Source of the DNA: the human T2T-CHM13v2.0 reference genome, Homo sapiens
DNA length: 64,000 nt
NCBI RefSeq assembly: GCF_009914755.1
Contig: NC_060942.1
Reading direction: 5' to 3' (one strand)
Both the position numbers and the translations under genes were made by a program. A model generated the notes under the pieces. It was not told the DNA's origin. It saw only the letters and a list, made by a program, of their open reading frames with translations, and did not search any database. This document shows, one piece after another, positions 11,299 to 25,000 of this stretch; position 1 is the first letter of the stretch; each line of letters starts with the position of its first letter.

Positions 11299-14200
11299 CA
11301 TTCTCAGAAACTTGTTTATGCTGTAACTACTCAGCTAACAAGTTGAACCTTTCTTTTGATAGAGCAGTTTTGAAATGCTCTTTTTGTGGAGTCTGCAAGT
11401 GGATATTGGGTTAGTTTTGAGGAATTCGTTGGAAGCGGGAATTCATACAAATTGCAGACTGCAGCGTTCTGAGAAACATCTTTGTGATGTTTGTATTCAG
11501 GACACAGAGTTGAACATTCCCTATCATAGAGCAGGTTGGAATCACTCCTTTTGTAGTATCTGGAAGTGGACATTTGGAGCGCTTTCAGGCCTATGTTGAA
11601 AAAGGAAATATCTTCCCATAACAAGTAGACACAAGCATTCTCAGAAACTTGTTTGTGATGTGTGCCCTCTACTGACAGAGTTGAACCTTTCTTTTCATAG
11701 AGCAGTTTCGAAACACTCTTTTTGTAGAATCTGCAAGAGGATATTTGCATAGCTCTGAGGATTTCGTGGGAAACGGGATTGTCTTCAGGTAAAATCTAGA
11801 CAGAAGCATTCTCAGAAAATTCTTCGGGATGTTTGCATTCAAGTCACAGAGTAGAACATTCCCTTTGGTAGAGCAGGTTTGAAACACTCTTTTTGTAGTA
11901 TCTGGAAGTGGACATTTGGAGCGCTTTCAGGCCTATGTTGGAAAGGGAAATATCTTCCCGTAACAACTAGGCAGAAGCATTCTCAGAAACTTATTTGAGA
12001 TGTGTGTACTGAACTAAGAGAATTGAACCACGGTTTTGAAGGAGCAGGTTTGAAACACTCTTTTTGTAGTATCTGGAAGTGGACATTTGGAGCGCTTTCA
12101 GGCCTATGTTGGAAAGGGAAATATCTTCCCGTAACAACTAGGCAGAAGCATTCTCAGAAACTTATTTGAGATGTGTGTACTCAACTAAGAGAATTGAACC
12201 ACCGTTTTGAAGGAGCAGTTTTGAAACACTCTTTTTCTGGAATCTGCAATTGGATATTTGGCTAGCTTTGGGGATTTCGCTGGAAGCGGGAATACATATA
12301 AAAAGCACACAGCAGCGTTCTGAGAAACTTCTTTCTGATGTTCGCATTCAAGTCAAAAGTTGAACACTCCCTTTCATAGAGCAGTCTTGAAACTCCCCTT
12401 TTGTGGTATCTGGAAGTGGACATTTGGAGTGCTTTCAGGGCTAAGGTGAAAAAGGAAATATCTTCCCATAAAAACTGGACAGAAGCATTCTCAGAAACTT
12501 GTTTATGCTGTATCTACTCAGCTAACAAAGTTGAACCTTTCTTTTGATAGAGCAGTTTTGAAATGCTCTTTTTGTGGAGTCTGCAAGTGGATATTTGGTT
12601 AGTTTTGAGGAATTCGTTGGAAGCGGGAATTCATACAAATTGCAGACTGCAGCGTTCTGAGAAACATCTTTGTGATGTTTGTATTCAGGACACAGAGTTG
12701 AACATTCCCTATCATAGAGCAGGTTGGAATCACTCCTTTTGTAGTATCTGGAAGTGGACATTTGGAGCGCTTTCAGGCCTATGTTGAAAAAGGAAATATC
12801 TTCCCATAACAACTAGACACAAGCATTCTCAGAAACTTGTTTGTGATGTGTGCCCTCTACTGACAGAGTTGAACCTTTCTTTTCATAGAGCAGTTTCGAA
12901 ACACTCTTTTTGTAGAATCTGCAAGAGGATATTTGCATAGCTTTGAGGATTTCGTGGGAAACGAGATTGTCTTCAGGTAAAATCTAGACAGAAGCATTCT
13001 CAGAAAGTTCTTCGGGATGTTTGCATTCAAGTCACAGAGTAGAACATTCCCTTTGTTAGAGCACGTTTGAAACACTCTTTTTGTAGTATCTGGAAGTGGA
13101 CATTTGGAGCGCTTTCAGGCCTATGTTGGAAAGGGAAATATCTTCCCGTAACAACTAGGCAGAAGCATTCTCAGAGACTTATTTGAGATGTGTGTACTGA
13201 ACTAAGAGAATTGAACCACCGTTTTGAAGGAGCAGGTTTGAAACACTCTTTTTGTAGTATCTGGAAGTGGACATTTGGAGCGCTTTCAGGCCTATGTTGG
13301 AAAGGGAAATATCTTCCCGTAACAACTAGGCAGAAGCATTCTCAGAAACTTATTTGAGATGTGTGTACTCAACTAAGAGAATTGAACCACCGTTTTGAAG
13401 GAGCAGTTTTGAAACACTCTTTTTCTGGAATCTGCAAGAGGATATTTGCATAGATTTGAGGATTTCGTTGGAAACGGGATTGTCTTCAGATCAAATCTAG
13501 ACAGAAGCATTCTCAGAAACTTCTTTGGGATGTTTGCATTCAAGTCACAGAGTAGAACATTCCCTTTGGTAGAGCAGGTTTGAAACACTCTTTTTTTAGT
13601 ATATGGAAGTGGACATTTGGAGCGCTTTCAGGCCTACGTTGGAAAAGGAAATATCTTCCCATAACAACTAGACAGAAGCATTCTCAGAAACTAGTTTCTG
13701 ATGTGTGTCCTCAACTAACACAGTTGAACTTTTCTTTAGACAGAACAGTTTTGAAACACTCTCTTTGTGGAATCTGCAAGTGGATATTTGGCTAGATTTG
13801 AGGATTTCGTTGGAAACGGGATTACATATAAAAAGCAGACAGCAGCACTCTCAGAAAGTTCTTTGTGATGATTGCATTCAAGTCACAGAATTGAACATTC
13901 CCTTTCACAGAGCAGGTTTGAAACACTCTTTTTGTAGTGTGTGTAAGTGGACATTTGGAGCGCTTTCCGGCCTAAGGTGAACAAGGAAATATCTTCCCAT
14001 AAAAACTAGACAGAAGCATTCTCAGAAACTTACTCGTGATGTGTGTCCTCAACTAAAGGAGTAGAACCTTTCTTTTCATAGAGAAGTTTTGAAACGCTCT
14101 TTTTGTGGAATCTGCAAGTGGATATTTGGCTAGTTTTGAGGATTTCGTTGGAAGCGGGAATTCATACAAATTGCAGACTGCAGCGTTCTGAGAAACATCT

Positions 14201-16047
14201 TTGTGATGTTTGTATTCAGGACACAGAGTTGAATATTCCCTATCATAGAGCAGGTTTGAATCACTCCTTTTGTAGTATCTGGAAGTGGACATTTGGAGCG
14301 CTTTCCGGCCTCAGGTGAAAAAGGAAATATCTTCCCATAAAAACTAGACAGAAGCATTCTCAGAAACTTACTCGTGATGTGTGTCCTCAACTAAAGGGGT
14401 AGAACCTTTCTTTTGATAGAGCAGTTTTGAAACACTCTTTTTGTAGAATCTGCAAGTGGATATTTCGATAGCTTTGTGGATTTCGTTGGAAACGGGAATA
14501 TCTTCATATAAAATCTAGAGAGAAGTATTATCAGAAACTTCCTTGTGATGGTTGCATTCAAGTCACAGAGTTGAACATTCGCTTTCATAGAGCATGTTTG
14601 AAACACTCTTTTTCCATTACCTGGAAGTGGACATTTGGAGCGCTTTGAGGCCTATGGTGAAAAAGGAAATATCTTCCCAAAAAAACTAGACAGAAGCATT
14701 CTCAGAAACTTATTTGTGATGTGTGTCCTCAACTGACAGAGTTGAACATTTCTTTTGAGAGAGGAGTTTTGAAACACTCTTTTTGTGGAATCTGCAAGTG
14801 GATATTTGGCTGGCTTTGAGGATTTCGTTGGAAACGGGAATACATATAAAAAGCAGACAGCAGCGTTCTGAGAAACTTCTTGGTGATGTTTGCATTCAAG
14901 TCACAGAATTGAACATTCCCTTTGATAGAACAGGTTTGAAACACTCCTTTTCTCATATCTGGAAGTGTCCTTTTGGAGCGCATTCAGGCTTGTGTTGAAA
15001 AAGGAAATATCTTCACATAACAACTAGACAGAAGCATTCTCAGAAACTAGTTTCTGATGTGTGTCCTCAACTAACACAGTTGAACATTTCTTTAGACAGA
15101 ACAGTTTTGAAACACTCTTTTTGTGGAATCTGCAAGTGGATATTTGGCTAGATTTGAGCATTTCGTTGGAAACGGGATTACATATAAAAAGCAGACAACG
15201 GCATTCTCAGAAAGTTCTTTGTGATGATTGCATTCAAGTCACAGAATTGAACATTCCCTTTCACAGAGCAGGTTTGAAACACTCTTTTTGAAGTGTGTGT
15301 AAGCGGACATTTGGAGCGCTTTCCGGCCTAAGGTGAAAAAGGAAATATCTTCCCATAAAAAGTAGACAGAAGCATTCTCAGAAACTTACTCGTGATGTGT
15401 GTACTCAACTAAAGGAGTAGAAACTTTCTTTTCATAGAGAAGTTTTGAAACGCTCTTTTTGTGGAATCTGCAAGTGGATATTTGGCTAGTTTTGAGGATT
15501 TCGTTGGAAGCGGGAATTCATACAAATTGCAGACTGCAGCGTTCTGAGAAACATCTTTGTGATGTTTGTATTCAGGACACAGAGTTGAACATTCCCTATC
15601 ATAGAGCAGGTTTGAATCACTCCTTTTGTAGTATCTGGAAGTGGACATTTGGAGCGCTTTCAGGCCTATGTTGGAAAAGGAAATATCTTCCCATAACAAC
15701 TAGACAGAAGCATTCTCAGAAACTTATTTGAGATGTGTGTACTCAACTAAGAGAATTGAACCACCGTTTTGAAGAAGCAGTTTTGAAACACTCTTTTTCT
15801 GGAATCTGCAAGTGGATATTTGGCTAGCTTTGGGGATTTCGCTGGAAGCGGGAATACATATAAAAAGCACACAGCAGAATTCTCAGAAAGTTCTTTCTGA
15901 TGTTCGCATTCAAGTCAAAAGTTGAACACTCCCTTTCATAGAGCAGTCTTGAAACTCCCCTTTTGTGGTATCTGGAAGTGGACATTTGGAGTGCTTTCAG
16001 GGCTAAGGTGAAAAAGGAAATATCTTCCCATAAAAACTGGACAGAAG
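11299..16047 (+). repeat. 7-mer (1187 bp) + 21-mer (3562 bp) = 28-mer superunit (4749 bp)
   Basis: Monomer a at 11299, 12486 and 16048; ORF offsets 8956->13705 and 10312->15061 are both 4749. Confidence 0.88.
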
Positions 16048-19000
16048 CATTCTCAGAAACTTGTTTATGCTGTATCTACTCAGCTAACAAAGTTGAACCT
16101 TTCTTTTGATAGAGCAGTTTTGAAATGCTCTTTTTGTGGAGTCTGCAAGTGGATATTTGGCTAGTTTTGAGGAATTCGTTGGAAGCGGGAATTCATACAA
16201 ATTGCAGACTGCAGCGTTCTGAGAAACATCTTTGTGATGTTTGTATTCAGGACACAGAGTTGAACATTCCCTATCATAGAGCAGGTTGGAATCACTCCTT
16301 TTGTAGTATCTGGAAGTGGACATTTGGAGCGCTTTCAGGCCTATGTTGAAAAAGGAAATATCTTCCCATAACAAGTAGACACAAGCATTCTCAGAAACTT
16401 GTTTGTGATGTGTGCCCTCTACTGACAGAGTTGAACCTTTCTTTTCATAGAGCAGTTTCGAAACACACTTTTTGTAGAATCTGCAAGAGGATATTTGCAT
16501 AGCTTTGAGGATTTCGTGGGAAACGGGATTGTCTTCAGGTAAAATCTAGACAGAAGCATTCTCAGAAAATTCCTCGGGATGTTTGCATTCAAGTCACAGA
16601 GTAGAACATTCCCTTTGTTAGAGCAGGTTTGAAACACTCTTTTTGTAGTATCTGGAAGTGGATATTTGGAGCGCTTTCAGGCCTATGTTGGAAAGGGAAA
16701 TATCTTCCCGTAACAACTAGGCAGAAGCATTCTCAGAAACTTATTTGAGATGTGTGTACTGAACTAAGAGAATTGAACCACGGTTTTGAAGGAGCAGGTT
16801 TGAAACACTCTTTTTGTAGTATCTGGAAGTGGACATTTGGAGCGCTTTCAGGCCTATGTTGGAAAGGGAAATATCTTCCCGTAACAACTAGGCAGAAGCA
16901 TTCTCAGAAACTTATTTGAGATGTGTGTACTCAACTTAAGAGAATTGAACCACCGTTTTGAAGGAGCAGTTTTGAAACACTCTTTTTCTGGAATCTGCAA
17001 GAGGATATTTGCATAGCTTTGAGGATTTCGTTGGAAACGGGATTGTCTTCAGATCAAATCTAGACAGAAGCATTCTCAGAAACTTCTTTGGGATGTTTGC
17101 ATTCAAGTCACAGAGTAGAACATTCCCTTTGGAAGAGCAGGTTTGAAACACTCTTTTTTTAGTATATGGAAGTGGACATTTGGAGCGCTTTCACGCCTAC
17201 GTTGGAAAAGGAAATATCTTCCCATAACAACTAGACAGAAGCATTCTCAGAAACTAGTTTCTGATGTGTGTCCTCAACTAACACAGTTGAACATTTCTTT
17301 AGACAGAACAGTTTTGAAACACTCTCTTTGTGGAATCTGCAAGTGGATATTTGGCTAGATTTGAGCATTTCGTTGGAAACGGGATTACATATAAAAAGCA
17401 GACAGCGGCATTCTCAGAAAGTTCTTTGTGATGATTGCATTCAAGTCACAGAATTGAACATTCCCTTTCACAGAGCAGGTTTGAAACACTCTTTTTGTAC
17501 TGTGTGTAAGCGGACATTTGGAGCGCTTTCCGGCCTAAGGTGAAAAAGGAAATATCTTCCCATAAAAACTAGACAGAAGCATTCTCAGAAACTTACTCGT
17601 GATGTGTGTACTCAACTAAAGGAGTAGAAACTTTCTTTTCATAGAGAAGTTTTGAAACGCTCTTTTTGTGGAATCTGCAAGTGGATATTTGGCTAGTTTT
17701 GAGGATTTCGTTGGAAGCGGGAATTCATACAAATTGCAGACTGCAGCGTTCTGAGAAACATCTTTGTGATGTTTGTATTCAGGACACAGAGTTGAACATT
17801 CCCTATAATAGAGCAGGTTTGAATCACTCCTTTTGTAGTATCTGGAAGTGGACATTTGGAGCGCTTTCAGGCCTATGTTGGAAAAGGAAATACCTTCCCG
17901 TAACAACTAGACAGAAGCATTCTCAGAAACTTATTTGAGATGTGTGTACTCAACTAAGAGAATTGAACCACCGTTTTGAAGGAGCAGTTTTGAAACACTC
18001 TTATTCTGGAATCTGCAAGTGGATATTTGGCTAGCTTTGGGGATTTCGCTGGAAGCGGAAATACATATAAAAAGCACACAGCCGCATTCTCAGAAAGTTC
18101 TTTCTGATGTTCGCATTCAAGTCAAAAGTTGAACACTCCCTTTCATAGAGCAGTCTTGAAACTCCCCTTTTGTGGTATCTGGAAGTGGACATTTGGAGTG
18201 CTTTCAGGGCTAAGGTGAAAAAGGAAATATCTTCCCATAAAAACTGGACAGAAGCATTCTCAGAAACTTGTTTATGCTGTATCTACTCAGCTAACAAAGT
18301 TGAACCTTTCTTTTGATAGAGCAGTTTTGAAATGCTCTTTTTGTGGAGTCTGCAAGTGGATATTTGGCTAGTATTGAGGAATTCGTTGGAAGCGGGAATT
18401 CATACAAATTGCAGACTGCAGCGTTCTGAGAAACATCTTTGTGATGTTTGTATTCAGGACACAGAGTTGAACATTCCCTATCATACAGCAGGTTGGAATC
18501 ACTCCTTTTGTAGTATCTGGAAGTGGACATTTGGAGCGCTTTCAGGCCTATGTTGAAAAAGGAAATATCTTCCGATAACAAGTAGACACAAGCATTCTCA
18601 GAAACTTGTTTGTGATGTGTGCCCTCTACTGACAGAGTTGAACCTTTCTTTTCATAGAGCAGTTTCGAAACACTCTTTTTGTAGAATCTGCAAGAGGATA
18701 TTTGCATAGCTTTGAGGATTTCGTGGGAAACGGGATTGTCTTCAGGTAAAATCTAGACAGAAGCATTCTCAGAAAATTCCTCGGGATGTTTGCATTCAAG
18801 TCACAGAGTAGAACATTCCCTTTGTTAGAGCAGGTTTGAAACACTCTTTTTGTAGTATCTGGAAGTGGACATTTGGAGCGCTTTCAGGCCTATGTTGGAA
18901 AGGGAAATATCTTCCCGTAACAACTAGGCAGAAGCATTCTCAGAAACTTATTTGAGATGTGTGTACTGAACTAAGAGAATTGAACCACGGTTTTGAAGGA

Positions 19001-22000
19001 GCAGGTTTGAAACACTCTTTTTGTAGTATCTGGAAGTGGACATTTGGAGCGCTTTCAGGCCTATGTTGGAAAGGGAAATATCTTCCCGTAACAACTAGGC
19101 AGAAGCATTCTCAGAAACTTATTTGAGATGTGTGTACTCAACTTAAGAGAATTGAACCACCGTTTTGAAGGAGCAGTTTTGAAACACTCTTTTTCTGGAA
19201 TCTGCAAGAGGATATTTGCATAGCTTTGAGGATTTCGTTGGAAACGGGATTGTCTTCAGATCAAATCTAGACAGAAGCATTCTCAGAAACTTCTTTGGGA
19301 TGTTTGCATTCAAGTCACAGAGTAGAACATTCCCTTTGGTAGAGCAGGTTTGAAACACTCTTTTTTTAGTATATGGAAGTGGACATTTGGAGCGCTTTCA
19401 CGCCTACGTTGGAAAAGGAAATATCTTCCCATAACAACTAGACAGAAGCATTCTCAGAAACTAGTTTCTGATGTGTGTCCTCAACTAACAGAGTTGAACA
19501 TTTCTTTAGACAGAACAGTTTTGAAACACTCTCTTTGTGGAATCTGCAAGTGGATATTTGGCTAGATTTGAGCATTTCGTTGGAAACGGGATTACATATA
19601 AAAAGCAGACAGCGGCATTCTCAGAAAGTTCTTTGTGATGATTGCATTCAAGTCACAGAATTGAACATTCCCTTTCACAGAGCAGGTTTGAAACACTCTT
19701 TTTGTAGTGTGTGTAAGCGGACATTTGGAGCGCTTTCCGGCCTAAGGTTAAAAAGGAAATATCTTCCCATAAAAAGTAGACAGAAGCATTCTCAGAAACT
19801 TACTCGTGATGTGTGTCCTCAACTAAAGGAGTAGAAACTTTCTTTTCATAGAGAAGTTTTGAAACGCTCTTTTTGTGGAATCTGCAAGTGGATATTTGGC
19901 TAGTTTTGAGGATTTCATTGGAAGCGGGAATTCATACAAATTGCAGACTGCAGCGTTCTGAGAAACATCTTTGTGATGTTTGTATTCAGGACACAGAGTT
20001 GAACATTCCCTATAATAGAGCAGGTTTGAATCACTCCTTTTGTAGTATCTGGAAGTGGACATTTGGAGCGCTTTCAGGCCTATGTTGGAAAAGGAAATAC
20101 CTTCCCGTAACAACTAGACAGAAGCATTCTCAGAAACTTATTTGAGATGTGTGTACTCAACTAAGAGAATTGAACCACCGTTTTGAAGGAGCAGTTTTGA
20201 AACACTCTTATTCTGGAATCTGCAAGTGGATATTTGGCTAGCTTTGGGGATTTCGCTGGAAGCGGGAATACATATAAAAAGCACACAGCCGCATTCTCAG
20301 AAAGTTCTTTCTGATGTTCGCATTCAAGTCAAAAGTTGAACACTCCCTTTCATAGAGCAGTCTTGAAACTCCCCTTTTGTGGTATCTGGAAGTGGACATT
20401 TGGAGTGCTTTCAGGGCTAAGGTGAAAAAGGAAATATCTTCCCATAAAAACTGGACAGAAGCATTCTCAGAAACTTGTTTATGCTGTATCTACTCAGCTA
20501 ACAAAGTTGAACCTTTCTTTTGATAGAGCAGTTTTGAAATGCTCTTTTTGTGGAGTCTGCAAGTGGATATTTGGCTAGTATTGAGGAATTCGTTGGAAGC
20601 GGGAATTCATACAAATTGCAGACTGCAGCGTTCTGAGAAACATCTTTGTGATGTTTGTATTCAGGACACAGAGTTGAACATTCCCTATCATACAGCAGGT
20701 TGGAATCACTCCTTTTGTAGTATCTGGAAGTGGACATTTGGAGCGCTTTCAGGCCTATGTTGAAAAAGGAAATATCTTCCGATAACAAGTAGACACAAGC
20801 ATTCTCAGAAACTTGTTTGTGATGTGTGCCCTCTACTGACAGAGTTGAACCTTTCTTTTCATAGAGCAGTTTCGAAACACTCTTTTTGTAGAATCTGCAA
20901 GAGGATATTTGCATAGCTTTGAGGATTTCGTGGGAAACGGGATTGTCTTCAGGTAAAATCTAGACAGAAGCATTCTCAGAAAATTCCTCGGGATGTTTGC
21001 ATTCAAGTCACAGAGTAGAACATTCCCTTTGTTAGAGCAGGTTTGAAACACTCTTTTTGTAGTATCTGGAAGTGGACATTTGGAGCGCTTTCAGGCCTAT
21101 GTTGGAAAGGGAAATATCTTCCCGTAACAACTAGGCAGAAGCATTCTCAGAAACTTATTTGAGATGTGTGTACTGAACTAAGAGAATTGAACCACGGTTT
21201 TGAAGGAGCAGGTTTGAAACACTCTTTTTGTAGTATCTGGAAGTGGACATTTGGAGCGCTTTCAGGCCTATGTTGGAAAGGGAAATATCTTCCCGTAACA
21301 ACTAGGCAGAAGCATTCTCAGAAACTTATTTGAGATGTGTGTACTCAACTTAAGAGAATTGAACCACCGTTTTGAAGGAGCAGTTTTGAAACACTCTTTT
21401 TCTGGAATCTGCAAGAGGATATTTGCATAGCTTTGAGGATTTCGTTGGAAACGGGATTGTCTTCAGATCAAATCTAGACAGAAGCATTCTCAGAAACTTC
21501 TTTGGGATGTTTGCATTCAAGTCACAGAGTAGAACATTCCCTTTGGTAGAGCAGGTTTGAAACACTCTTTTTTTAGTATATGGAAGTGGACATTTGGAGC
21601 GCTTTCACGCCTACGTTGGAAAAGGAAATATCTTCCCATAACAACTAGACAGAAGCATTCTCAGAAACTAGTTTCTGATGTGTGTCCTCAACTAACAGAG
21701 TTGAACATTTCTTTAGACAGAACAGTTTTGAAACACTCTCTTTGTGGAATCTGCAAGTGGATATTTGGCTAGATTTGAGCATTTCGTTGGAAACGGGATT
21801 ACATATAAAAAGCAGACAGCGGCATTCTCAGAAAGTTCTTTGTGATGATTGCATTCAAGTCACAGAATTGAACATTCCCTTTCACAGAGCAGGTTTGAAA
21901 CACTCTTTTTGTAGTGTGTGTAAGCGGACATTTGGAGCGCTTTCCGGCCTAAGGTTAAAAAGGAAATATCTTCCCATAAAAAGTAGACAGAAGCATTCTC

Positions 22001-25000
22001 AGAAACTTACTCGTGATGTGTGTCCTCAACTAAAGGAGTAGAAACTTTCTTTTCATAGAGAAGTTTTGAAACGCTCTTTTTGTGGAATCTGCAAGTGGAT
22101 ATTTGGCTAGTTTTGAGGATTTCATTGGAAGCGGGAATTCATACAAATTGCAGACTGCAGCGTTCTGAGAAACATCTTTGTGATGTTTGTATTCAGGACA
22201 CAGAGTTGAACATTCCCTATAATAGAGCAGGTTTGAATCACTCCTTTTGTAGTATCTGGAAGTGGACATTTGGAGCGCTTTCAGGCCTATGTTGGAAAAG
22301 GAAATACCTTCCCGTAACAACTAGACAGAAGCATTCTCAGAAACTTATTTGAGATGTGTGTACTCAACTAAGAGAATTGAACCACCGTTTTGAAGGAGCA
22401 GTTTTGAAACACTCTTATTCTGGAATCTGCAAGTGGATATTTGGCTAGCTTTGGGGATTTCGCTGGAAGCGGGAATACATATAAAAAGCACACAGCCGCA
22501 TTCTCAGAAAGTTCTTTCTGATGTTCGCATTCAAGTCAAAAGTTGAACACTCCCTTTCATAGAGCAGTCTTGAAACTCCCCTTTTGTGGTATCTGGAAGT
22601 GGACATTTGGAGTGCTTTCAGGGCTAAGGTGAAAAAGGAAATATCTTCCCATAAAAACTGGACAGAAGCATTCTCAGAAACTTGTTTATGCTATATCTAC
22701 TCAGCTAACAAAGTTGAACCTTTCTTTTGATAGAGCAGTTTTGAAATGCTCTTTTTGTGGAGTCTGCAAGTGGATATTTGGCTAGTATTGAGGAATTCGT
22801 TGGAAGCGGGAATTCATACAAATTGCAGACTGCAGCGTTCTGAGAAACATCTTTGTGATGTTTGTATTCAGGACACAGAGTTGAACATTCCCTATCATAC
22901 AGCAGGTTGGAATCACTCCTTTTGTAGTATCTGGAAGTGGACATTTGGAGCGCTTTCAGGCCTATGTTGAAAAAGGAAATATCTTCCGATAACAAGTAGA
23001 CACAAGCATTCTCAGAAACTTGTTTGTGATGTGTGCCCTCTACTGACAGAGTTGAACCTTTCTTTTCATAGAGCAGTTTCGAAACACTCTTTTTGTAGAA
23101 TCTGCAAGAGGATATTTGCATAGCTTTGAGGATTTCGTGGGAAACGGGATTGTCTTCAGGTAAAATCTAGACAGAAGCATTCTCAGAAAATTCCTCGGGA
23201 TGTTTGCATTCAAGTCACAGAGTAGAACATTCCCTTTGTTAGAGCAGGTTTGAAACACTCTTTTTGTAGTATCTGGAAGTGGACATTTGGAGCGCTTTCA
23301 GGCCTATGTTGGAAAGGGAAATATCTTCCCGTAACAACTAGGCAGAAGCATTCTCAGAAACTTATTTGAGATGTGTGTACTGAACTAAGAGAATTGAACC
23401 ACGGTTTTGAAGGAGCAGGTTTGAAACACTCTTTTTGTAGTATCTGGAAGTGGACATTTGGAGCGCTTTCAGGCCTATGTTGGAAAGGGAAATATCTTCC
23501 CGTAACAACTAGGCAGAAGCATTCTCAGAAACTTATTTGAGATGTGTGTACTCAACTTAAGAGAATTGAACCACCGTTTTGAAGGAGCAGTTTTGAAACA
23601 CTCTTTTTCTGGAATCTGCAAGAGGATATTTGCATAGCTTTGAGGATTTCGTTGGAAACGGGATTGTCTTCAGATCAAATCTAGACAGAAGCATTCTCAG
23701 AAACTTCTTTGGGATGTTTGCATTCAAGTCACAGAGTAGAACATTCCCTTTGGTAGAGCAGGTTTGAAACACTCTTTTTTTAGTATATGGAAGTGGACAT
23801 TTGGAGCGCTTTCACGCCTACGTTGGAAAAGGAAATATCTTCCCATAACAACTAGACAGAAGCATTCTCAGAAACTAGTTTCTGATGTGTGTCCTCAACT
23901 AACAGAGTTGAACATTTCTTTAGACAGAACAGTTTTGAAACACTCTCTTTGTGGAATCTGCAAGTGGATATTTGGCTAGATTTGAGCATTTCGTTGGAAA
24001 CGGGATTACATATAAAAAGCAGACAGCGGCATTCTCAGAAAGTTCTTTGTGATGATTGCATTCAAGTCACAGAATTGAACATTCCCTTTCACAGAGCAGG
24101 TTTGAAACACTCTTTTTGTAGTGTGTGTAAGCGGACATTTGGAGCGCTTTCCGGCCTAAGGTTAAAAAGGAAATATCTTCCCATAAAAAGTAGACAGAAG
24201 CATTCTCAGAAACTTACTCGTGATGTGTGTCCTCAACTAAAGGAGTAGAAACTTTCTTTTCATAGAGAAGTTTTGAAACGCTCTTTTTGTGGAATCTGCA
24301 AGTGGATATTTGGCTAGTTTTGAGGATTTCATTGGAAGCGGGAATTCATACAAATTGTAGACTGCAGCGTTCTGAGAAACATCTTTGTGATGTTTGTATT
24401 CAGGACACAGAGTTGAACATTCCCTATAATAGAGCAGGTTTGAATCACTCCTTTTGTAGTATCTGGAAGTGGACATTTGGAGCGCTTTCAGGCCTATGTT
24501 GGAAAAGGAAATACCTTCCCGTAACAACTAGACAGAAGCATTCTCAGAAACTTATTTGAGATGTGTGTACTCAACTAAGAGAATTGAACCACCGTTTTGA
24601 AGGAGCAGTTTTGAAACACTCTTATTCTGGAATCTGCAAGTGGATATTTGGCTAGCTTTGGGGATTTCGCTGGAAGCGGGAATACATATAAAAAGCACAC
24701 AGCCGCATTCTCAGAAAGTTCTTTCTGATGTTCGCATTCAAGTCAAAAGTTGAACACTCCCTTTCATAGAGCAGTCTTGAAACTCCCCTTTTGTGGTATC
24801 TGGAAGTGGACATTTGGAGTGCTTTCAGGGCTAAGGTGAAAAAGGAAATATCTTCCCATAAAAACTGGACAGAAGCATTCTCAGAAACTTGTTTATGCTA
24901 TATCTACTCAGCTAACAAAGTTGAACCTTTCTTTTGATAGAGCAGTTTTGAAATGCTCTTTTTGTGGAGTCTGCAAGTGGATATTTGGCTAGTATTGAGG

